A stretch of 64,000 bases of DNA, taken from NCBI RefSeq assembly GCF_004010195.1, contig NC_057718.1, positions 78,758,631 through 78,822,630 of the forward strand. Reading direction: 5' to 3'. This stretch comes from Chiloscyllium plagiosum (lineage: Eukaryota). This document shows, piece by piece, positions 54,580 to 64,000 of the stretch. Within the stretch, counting starts at the first letter, position 1, and each line of letters starts with the position of its first letter. A model generated the notes under the pieces. The model was not told the DNA's origin, made no database searches, and was given only the letters and a program-made list of their open reading frames with translations. Both the position numbers and the translations under genes were made by a program.

Positions 54580-55218
54580 TAGAAGGCTTTAGGTATGCTT
54601 GCCTTTATTGGTTAGTGCATTGAGTTGGGAGGTCATGTTTGGCTGTACAGGACATTGGTTAAGTCACTTTTGGAATACTGCATACAGTTCTGGTCTCCCA
54701 GGTTTAGGAAGGATGTAGTGAAACTTGAAAAGGTTCAGAAAAGTTTTACAAGGATGTTGGCAGGGTTAGGGCATTTGAGCTATTTGGAGACGCTGAATCA
54801 GCTGGGGCTATTTTCCCTGGAACATTGGAGGCTGAGGAGTGACTTTATAGAGGTTTATAAAATCATGAGGGGCATGGATAGGCTGAATAGCTAAAGTCTA
54901 TTCCCTGGAGTGGGAGAGTCCAAAACTAGAGGGCATAGGTTTAAGGTGAGAGGGGTAAGATGTAAAAGGGACCTAAGGGGCAACTTTTTCACACAGAAGA
55001 TGGTGCGTGTATGAAATGAGCTGCCAGAGGAAGTGGTTGAGGTTGGTAAAATTACAACATTTAAAAGTAATCTGGATGGGTATATGAATAGGAAGGGTTT
55101 ATAAAGATATGGGCCAAATGCTGGAAAATGGAACTACATTAATTTAAGAGATCTGGTCAGCATGGACATGTTGGACCAAATGTCTCTGTGATGTAAAGCT
55201 CTACGACTCTCTGACTCT
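54580..55218 (+). mobile_element. CR1 LINE 3' part
   Basis: ORF 54625..54894 LYRTLVKSLLEYCIQFWSP. Confidence 0.85.
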
Positions 55219-55912
55219 TTGTTCCAGGATGGAGTCATGGGGTTAAACAAAGCTTAATGTTCAGTCAGCAGTCAAAAACAGGAAGGTGTGAGTCAGAGTC
55301 AGGCAATTAAAGGTTCCTACATGTGATTATATTGTGTCCAGGCTGATACAAAGTGCAGGGAGAAAGTGAGGACTGCAGATACTGGAGATCAGAGTCAAAA
55401 GGTGTGGTGCTGAAAAAGTACAGCAGTCAGATCGCATCCAAGGAGCAGGAGAGTCAATGATTCGAGCATAAGGTCCACATCAGGAATTCTCCTGCTTCTC
55501 GGATGCTGCCTGACTGGCTTGTTTTTCCAGCACCACATTTTTTGACTCTGATACAAAGTGCAGTAGTGACAAAGTTTTGCACTGTGAGATGTGCTATTTA
55601 TTTTAGAAGTAATGATAAATTTCACTGCTCTGTTAATTTTCAATCACCACCAGCAAGACAGACTAACTGAACATACACCTCACTACGGCCTTTTACCATC
55701 TTGCTGCATGCAAAATATCTGATAACTAAGAGTGCAGTTCGGGGCCATTGCAATGCTTTGGGAAATTGTAGGACAAGAAAGGCAAGATAGAATGGCTCTT
55801 TCCTTCATTCTTTACCTTAATTTCTAACTTTCTCATATGTAATTTTCCCTAACTGTGTAACAAATAATAGGGTGCCGGAGCAAAAACAGTGTGTAACACA
55901 ACTTGGACAAAC

Positions 55913-56520
55913 TGTGACGATGCTGTTCCTTTAACAAGCTTGTGTTTGTCTTTGGTTTTTATTCAGAAGTGTTGTACGAGGCAGAGTTGATCTGGCTTGA
56001 TCTACTTGAAGAAGCTTTTAAGTTTAAAAAGACATTTGTACAATGGAAGTTCTCTCAGCTCAGCTTTTCTCTGGTTTGGTTTGGTTGGGTTTTAGCAGTC
56101 TGGCCGTTCAGAGCAAGCAGTCAGTCAGTCAGTTTTGAGGCAGTTGGTCAAAGAAAGAGCTACATAGGAGAAGGTGTTCTCTGCTGAATCTTTCTGCCAT
56201 CTCTTGCTCTCATGTTTGGTTTTTCCTTTTCTACCAAGGGATGTTTATGGGATTGTTGCAAGTATTTGGAACAACATCACTCAGTTGCGATAGATTTGAT
56301 GGAGTTTTTAACTAGTTAAGCTATTCTATATTCTGTTCGCTTTTGTATGTGTTTCATTTGGTAATCTTGCAAATAAAATCTGTTTTGTTTAAAGCTAAGT
56401 GGTTGGGCCAGCTGCATCACTCCTGGAATATCCACCATACACCTGCTTAAAACAACTAGAAACATTAGGGTCTGGGCTACTTTCTTAAATGTTTTGAGGG
56501 GGTCTAGCCTGGACCATAAC
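55913..56520 (+). mobile_element. Probable solo LTR
   Basis: Begins TGTGACGA, ends ..ggaccataac, internal AATAAA (~56371); TSD not identified. Confidence 0.45.
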
Positions 56521-57239
56521 TGGGAAATTCCATGGAAAATTCCTTTTATGTATTAATTTCCCACATTTTATCCTCAGTAGTGAAAAGATAATACCCATTG
56601 TTGACTTCAAAGTTTTACTAATCATTTCATTTCTCCTAATGTTAATCTGAACCAACTTTATGTTAAGGAAATCTTGAGGCACTGAGCTACAGTGATAGCA
56701 TCAAATAGGATAAGCAGAAATTTTCACAACAGAATTCAGAAATTTTCATTGGCTTGATTTGATTGCTCATGCATCACACCAAAAAAAGTGTATCAGACAT
56801 TTAATTATCATTTCTTTTGGGACATTAAATCAGTAGTAACAAAAAATAATTTAATGGAATTGAACAACAGGTGGTTTCTGAAGAAACAGTAGAGGAATCA
56901 TTGGTTTTGACATTTATTAGAGCATGGTTTCAGAATGGAGGTGAGGAGGGCAGCGTACCCATTTTGAACTATTGTGAACTAAAGTACTACCATAGAATCT
57001 TTAATGTTCACCTGAGGGGGCCCAAAGTTCAATATCTCATTTGACAACAACATCTTCAACAATCTAGCACTTTGTTCAGTATTTCAGTAAATATGGAACA
57101 GTACAAGTCAATAGAAGGAAACTTGCACCTATTAAACTGGTTCAGATCAAATTACCATGTCCTAAAAGTAAAATAACAGTATGCTAATTCACCTTGAAGC
57201 CAAATCCTCAAGAACCCACGAAGAAAATGAAAAACTTAC

Positions 57240-57358
57240 TACAACGTGGAACATTGCAGAATGCCCATCGCTTTTGGGTATCAGTTGTAAAACACCATGG
57301 CCTGGGTTCTCCATCAGGATTACGACAGTAGTTCTCCTCGAAATATTTATCTGGAAAA
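57240..57358 (-). CDS. plg: Plasminogen-like gene, exon equivalent to PLG exon 7 (kringle 2, second half): [39 protein letters not shown]
   Basis: Kringle motif NYCRNPD..PWCFT..RW..C....C; ttcag acceptor and gtaag donor; 119 bp, phase 2->1. Confidence 0.93.
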
Positions 57359-58269
57359 CTGAAGGTCCTTACTTTTATTTCCAGTGAGAAAACCTTGCTA
57401 GTGAATAGCAATGTGTCTATGAGGCTTGCACTATGCGTTCAGGAAAATGCTGTTTACAGAAATGTATTAATTTTAAATATTGCTCACAATAACTACAGCT
57501 TGGACTTTATACAGGCCTTTTACACAAAATATCCCAAAGTGTCCGTCAGACGATTATCAGAAAATAATTGATGCCGAGTCACAAGGATAGGCAGTATTAG
57601 GACATGTGAGCAAATGCCTGGTCAAACTGTTAGCTTACAGAGTGTCTTAAGGGAGGTCAGACAGGAAAAAGCTAAAAATCTGAATAACTAAAGGTGTGAT
57701 TGTTCAGGAAATATTAGTCTCGTTTGTGCAGGAGCCAGAAATGGTTGAGAGTTGTAAGGCTGGAAGAGATAATGTAGAAACAGAAATGGAGATATTTAAA
57801 TACATGAATAAGAATTTTAAAGTAGTAGGCATGCAACCATATTGACAATGGTAGTGTAACATAATGTCCTGCATCATTTTATATACACATGACAGGCTAG
57901 TTAGCAATTGCAGCTATATTTTGAACAAAGTTCTCACACAATAATATTTCTAACCATTAAGAATTAATTAAACAAGTATTCCTGATTTCTAAGAATGCAA
58001 ATTGTGATGAGCTTTAACTCAGAAACAGTGCAGAGAGAAAAAAATAACAATTTCTTTAAAATCTCCAGGGAATCTCAAATTGTTTGTCATAACATTTTTA
58101 AAAAGACCTCTAGGAATTTGGATCAATTCTAAAGGGTTGCATTATATTTTTCTTATTATAATAAAAAAGTCTGCTCCAGCCATGACCAAGAAGCAATATC
58201 CACAGAAGGAAGATAAGAGCAGATTTCCTGTGGCTGGCAAGCACAAGGTAGAGGTGTAAGCAGGAGGGG

Positions 58270-60010
58270 ATCATCACACAGGAATGAGCTGCGAGAGCAA
58301 GTGGTAGATGTGGATACAAATGTTACAGTTAAATAGGTACATTTGGATAGGTACATGGATAAGAAAGGTTTGGAGGGATCTGGGCCAAACACAGGTATAC
58401 AGGATTAGTTCAGTATAGGAAACCTGGTCAGCATGGATGTGTTGGGCTGAACGGCCAGTTTCCATACTTTAAGACTCACAAACTTGATTGAGTTTTTTGA
58501 AGAAGTAGCAAAGAGGATTAATGAGGGCAGAGCAATGGACATGATCTACATGGAGGAGAAAGTGAGGTCTGCAGATGCTGGAGATCAAAGTTGAAACTTT
58601 ATTGCTGGAACAGCACTGAACAGCCAGTTTCCATACTTTAAGACTCACAAACTTGATTGAGGTTTTTGAAGAAGTAGCAAAGAGGATTAATGAGGGCAGA
58701 GCAATGGACATGATCTACATGGACTTCAGTATAGCACTCAACAAGATTCCTCATGGTAGACTGGTTAGCAAAGTTGGATCACACAGAATACATGGAATAT
58801 ATCCTTGGTGCTGGGGTCTGTTTGGAGGTGGCGGAAGTGATCTACATGGACTTCAGTATAGCACTCAACAAGATTCCTCATGGTAGACTGGTTAGCAAAG
58901 TTGGATCACACAGAATACATGGAGATCTAGCTATTTGGATACAGAAGTTAGGCTTTAGGGCGGTGGTGGAGGGTTGCTTTTTAGACTGGAGGCCTGTGAC
59001 CAGCAGTATGCCACAAGGATCGGTGCTGGGTCCACTGCGTTTCATCATTTATATAAATGATTTGGATGTGAGCATAGGAGATATGGTTAGTAAGTTTGCA
59101 GATGACACCAAAATTGGAGGCCTATAAGACAGCAAAGAAGGTTACCTCAGAGTACAGTGGGATCTTGATCAGATGGACCAATGGGCCTAGAAGCGGCAGA
59201 TGGCGTTTAATTTAGATAAATATGAGGTGCTGCATTTTGGAAAAGCAGCTTAGGGCAGGGCTTATACACTTAATGGTAAGGTCCTGGGGAGTGTTGCTGA
59301 ACAAAAAGATCTTGGAGTGCAGGTTCACAGTTCTTTGAAAGTGGAGTCACAGGTAGATAGGATAGTGAAGAAGGCATTTGGTATGCTTGCCTTTATTGGT
59401 CAGTGCATTGAGTTCAGGAATTGGGAAGTAATGTTGCAACCGTACTGGTTAGGCCACTTCTGGAATATTGTGTTCAATTCTGGTCTCCCTGATATAGGAA
59501 GGATGTTGTGAAAATTGAAAGGGTTCAGATAAAACTTACAAGTAGGTTGTCAGGGTTGGATGGTTTGACCTACAGGGAGAGGCAGAATAGGTTGGGGCTG
59601 TTTTCCCCAGAGACTGAGGGGTGACCTTATAGAGATTTATAAAATCATGACGGGCATGGATAGGATAAATAGACAAGGTCTTTTTCCTGGGGTTGGGGAG
59701 TCCAGAACTAGATAGCATAGGTTTAGGGTGAGAGGAGAAAGATTTAAAAGGCTCCTAAGGGGCAACTTTTTCACACAGATGGTTGTGCGTACATGGAATG
59801 AGCTGCCAGAGGAAGTGGTGGAGGTGGTACAGTTACAACATTTAAAAGGCATCTGGATGGGTATATGAATAGAAAGGGTTTAATGGGATATGGGCCAAAT
59901 ACTGGCAAATAGGTTTAGATTTATTTAGGATATCTGGTCGGCATGAACGAGTTGGACCAAAGGGTCTGTTTCTGTGCTGTATATCTCTGTGACTCTCAGA
60001 CTCTATGACT
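58270..60010 (+). mobile_element. CR1 LINE fragments with two internal direct duplications
   Basis: [23 protein letters not shown]; duplications 58454-58554/58623-58723 and 58711-58796/58838-58923. Confidence 0.87.
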
Positions 60011-60261
60011 ACACAGATGCAGATACAAAAAGGTGTTGTAGCAGGACAGAGTAAGCAACTGAATCCTAATAGGTGTGAATTCCTTAGACATGCCAAAGAA
60101 CTGAGTGTTCGAATCAGAGGATCAGATTGCATATTGAGAATGGTTATTTGTTTTTTTGAAAATCAATTCTGAAAGCTATACTATCAGGTCCGATGTGACC
60201 TTAGTGAAAGTAGGTTCATAGATGTGAGCCTTGCTGGTGATATCTGGAGGCATGGCAGTCA

Positions 60262-60520
60262 ACCTGGAACTCCATTAACAAACATGTGGAGTTAGACCCC
60301 ATATACCAACCACGAAGAAACAAAACTGGAAATAATACTACCTACCTCAGCAAACCAGGACACATAAATAGCAAACGGGATAGAACACCAATGCTTCACC
60401 AGAGGTGCACTGACGATATTACCTAGTATGGTGACAAAATGACTGCAAACAAATTTATCAGCTCAGCAACCAAGTCAACAATCTCATCCACAACCTGAGC
60501 TACAAATCTTCTCAAGAACT
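60262..60520 (+). mobile_element. Old Penelope-like terminal fragment
   Basis: WNSINKHVELDPIY..; degenerate hammerhead; ends acctgagctacaaatcttctc. Confidence 0.7.
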
Positions 60521-61419
60521 TTGACTATTAAAAGATAAATTTACATTTCCATCTGAATTATCATTTACATGGTATTGCAAATGTAATTAAAGTAAATCTG
60601 CAAAAGTGAAATATTGTTTGAAGGTCATTGAGTAAATTTAGTTGTTTTGGTTTACGGTTCCTGCATTGGGATTGCAACAAAATATTATCATTAATTCACT
60701 TCTTTATCTAATTTACAATCTTAAAATGGAAATATGATGAGGACTGTTTAAAAGTAGACTAAAGTAAATTAGATTAATGTAATTGTTGGGAATGGAGTTG
60801 GTTTGAGTTGAGTCAGTGAACAGTCAAGGATAGCACTCCCACCATCCCCTCAATAAGCTCACCCTCAAAATTTCCTGTGGTCCCATTTTGAGTTGTAATT
60901 GATACAAGCAATCTAGGATCAATCTGCATCTCTCATTCCTGCTGTTGTCCCATATCCGTCCCATTGCTGCAAAAGTCCTTCCATTACATTTCTTCCTGAT
61001 CCCTCTGCTGCAGTAGTCCAGCTCCACCACAGATGCTGTCAAAATCGTCTCTCAAACATTCCTCATCTTCACTCTTTGCTTGCGTCCAGCACAACTCTGG
61101 CAAATCCCTTGCTAAGAAACATTTTTTTTTTACAAAACAGAATGTGGACTTCACTTAAAGTCAATATTTGTTGTCCATTCCTCATTATTCCCTTGAACTG
61201 CTAGGCCACTTTGGAAGCCAGTTAAAAGTTATTTTGTGTATAAGATCATGCTTACAGATGAGGTAAAAAAAAGCAACCTTCTGTCTCTAAAGGGGAATTT
61301 GTGAACTAGCTGCCTATTTTAAAATGGGTCACTGACAGTTTCATAGTCCCCTTGCTGAGCTTAGATTTATTAATTGAATTTAAATCTCATCAACTAGTAT
61401 GGTAAGATTTGAACCTGTT

Positions 61420-62705
61420 CAAAGTTTGTGAGAAGATTTGTAGCTCGGGTGCTCGTTGCTGTGGTTCTGTTCGCCGAGCTGGAAGTTTTTGTTGCAAACG
61501 TTTCGTCCCCTGCCTAGGTGACATCCTCAGTGCTTGGGAACCTCCTGTGAAGCACTTCTGTCGTGTTTCCTCCGGCATTTATAGTGGTCTGTCCCTGCCG
61601 CTTCCGGTTGTCAGTTTCAGCTGTCCGCTGTAGTGGCCGGTATATTGGGTCCAGGTCGATGTGTTTGTTGATGGAGTTTGTGGATGAGTGCCATGCTTCT
61701 AGGAATTCCCTGGCTGTTCTTTGTTTGGCTTGCCCTATAATGGTAGTGTTGTCCCAGTCAAATTCATGTTGCTTCTCGTCTGTGTGTGTGGCTACTAAGG
61801 ATAGCTGGTCGTGGCGTTTAGTGGCTAGTTGATGTTCATGGATNNNNNNNNNNNNNNNNNNNNNNNNNNNNNNNNNNNNNNNNNNNNNNNNNNNNNNNNN
61901 NNNNNNNNNNNNNNNNNNNNNNNNNNNNNNNNNNNNNNNNNNNNNNNNNNNNNNNNNNNNNNNNNNNNNNNNNNNNNNNNNNNNNNNNNNNNNNNNNNNN
62001 NNNNNNNNNNNNNNNNNNNNNNNNNNNNNNNNNNNNNNNNNNNNNNNNNNNNNNNNNNNNNNNNNNNNNNNNNNNNNNNNNNNNNNNNNNNNNNNNNNNN
62101 NNNNNNNNNNNNNNNNNNNNNNNNNNNNNNNNNNNNNNNNNNNNNNNNNNNNNNNNNNNNNNNNNNNNNNNNNNNNNNNNNNNNNNNNNNNNNTGTGGCG
62201 TTGATGATCTGGTGTGTTTTTTCTATTTCCGTGTTTTTAATGATTACAAACGTGTCATCGACATATCTGCCCCAGAGTTTGGGTTGAATTTGTGGTAAGA
62301 GTGTTTGTTCTAACCTTTGCATTACTGCTTCTGCTATGAGTCCCGAGATTGGTGATCCCATGGGTGTTCCGTTGATTTGTTCGTATATCTGGTTGTTGAA
62401 TGTGAAGTGTGTTGTGAGGCACAAGTCCAGTAGTTTAAGTATGCCGTCTTTGTTGATGGGTTCAACGTCCTGTTGTCTGTTATGTCTGTTCAGCAGGTTG
62501 GCTATTGTTTCTCTGGCTAGGGCTTTGTCAATAGATGTGAACAGTGCCGTTACGTCGAATGAGACCATGGTTTCTTCCTTGTCTATGTGTATATTTCTGA
62601 TGGTTCAAGAATTCTTGTGTTGATTGTATAGAGTGTCTGGATCCGCTGATCAGGTGTTTCAGTTTCTGCTGTAGTTCTTTAGCCAGTTTGTGTGATGGTG
62701 TCCCT
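61420..62705 (-). mobile_element. Penelope-like element RT + GIY-YIG end (spans gap)
   Basis: ORF 61825..62568 MVSFDVTALFTSI..YEQINGTPMGSPIS..RYVDDTF; hammerhead at ~61494-61533. Confidence 0.9.
61844..62193. other. Assembly gap (N run)
   Basis: 350 N. Confidence 1.
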
Positions 62706-63677
62706 GTTTTTTGAATTGACTAAGGGCACAGTGAGCAGGCAGTACTTATTATTTTTGAAAAAGCAATTAAAAGACTTAGTTTTGGGTTGTTATGACAGCT
62801 TCATATTTGAAATTGTTATGAGGACCTGAGTTTTGAAGGATTGTGGGAAATCTGTTTTATTTCAGGTTCTATGAATACCTGAAGTTTTTAAGATCACCTT
62901 AGACATTAGAGCCTTTTTTAACAAGGCAGATCTTAGCAACAACATGGTTTCAGCTAATTTCTGGACTTGTTTGCTTGAAGTCCCTTCGTGGGTTTTATGA
63001 CTATGACAAAGTTAGATCATGTTCAAACAAAGCTTTTGATGCTGTGCGAATTGACATCTAGCCTGCTGAAGGACAGAAGCTTCCAAGCTCAACATCTCTT
63101 ACTTCTGAGAGAAGCTCTAATTGTGCATCCAATGTGATACCTGGAACATTGATCAAGGAGCTTTCAGGAAAAAAAAACATTGCAGGGAGTTTGTTCCAAT
63201 ATTTTGTGAACAACTACATATTCATAGATCCCAGGGACAACTTTACACATCTTGTACCCTGTCCACATGTGCAGAATGCCAGACTGAGAGCTACCTGAAC
63301 ATTCTACTCCTTCACCTTTTGCCGTGAGAACTATCAATTATTGGCCAACTATTAAATGAATCTCAGCAGAGAAATTTTCTTATGTGGATTTAGTTATTTA
63401 TACTTCTTTTATTTCAAATTTTCAAATGATACTTCTTTGCCAAATAAGTCGTGGTTACACAGTCAATCAATAATCTTGTTGTTTCTGAAAGATACCCTGG
63501 TTGATGGATTGTTGTAAAATTCTAACCATAATATTGATAAAATGTATAATTAGCACTATCAATATCTGGGTAAACATTTGTTGTGAATAATGAAGACGTG
63601 GGACTAGAGGAAGGCAATGGACTCCTGCCATCTTATTTCAAAGCCTATTTATAAACTTGCAGGTCATAGAGTCATAT

Positions 63678-63938
63678 TAGATTACTTACAGATTAGATTA
63701 GATTACTTACAGTGTGGAAACAGGCCCTTCAGCTCAACAAGTCCACACCGACCCTCCGAAGAGCAACCCACCCAGACCCCTACATTTACCCCTTCACCAA
63801 CACTACGGGCAATTTAGCATGGCCAATTCACCTAACCTGCACATCTTTGGATTGTGGGAGGAAACTGGAGCACCTGGAGGAAATCCACGCAGACACGGGG
63901 AGAACGTGCAAACTCCACACAGACAGTTGCCTGAGGCG
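63678..63938 (-). mobile_element. tRNA-derived SINE, head truncated
   Basis: (AGATT)n tail and central core. Confidence 0.82.
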
Positions 63939-64000
63939 ATATTGTTATACAACACAGAAACAGATCCTTTGGTCCAACTTGTCCATGCTGACCAGATATC

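Noticed and set aside
28697..57239. Extra tandem kringle exons (apo(a)-like expansion) in the large introns
   Set aside because: None recognised; adjacent exons join in phase and the two N gaps lie inside repeats. A manual scan could miss a diverged exon.
57359..64000. Upstream exons (signal, PAN, K1, K2 first half), including ORF 60824..61042
   Set aside because: No kringle or PAN motifs with splice sites seen; likely right of the window. Total kringle number is therefore inferred, not observed.

Overview
Eukaryotic, repeat-rich vertebrate DNA. The tRNA-derived SINEs with (AATCT)n tails, CR1 LINEs and DeuSINE-like relics suggest a shark or other elasmobranch. The minus strand carries 12 spliced coding exons (57358->3730; 1588 nt, one continuous open frame, GT-AG boundaries) of a plasminogen-family gene. 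They correspond to PLG exons 7-18: second half of kringle 2, kringles 3-5, the activation loop and most of the trypsin-like domain. The upstream exons and the last (Ser195) exon were not found and probably lie outside the window. The protein looks like a pseudo-enzyme: the activation site reads CFGS|IVGGC (P1 Arg->Ser, as in human apo(a)), catalytic His57 is Gln (TAKQC, as in HGF/MSP), and the S1 Asp189 is Gly. Frame, splice sites, cysteines and the kringle-4 lysine-binding site are intact. The introns hold CR1, Rex/Babar, SINE and two decayed Gypsy elements (one with Gmr1-like INT-before-RT order). They also hold many Penelope-like fragments with inverted ends, 13-15 bp target-site duplications and minimal hammerhead ribozyme motifs. 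Repeat boundaries are approximate. There are two assembly gaps.
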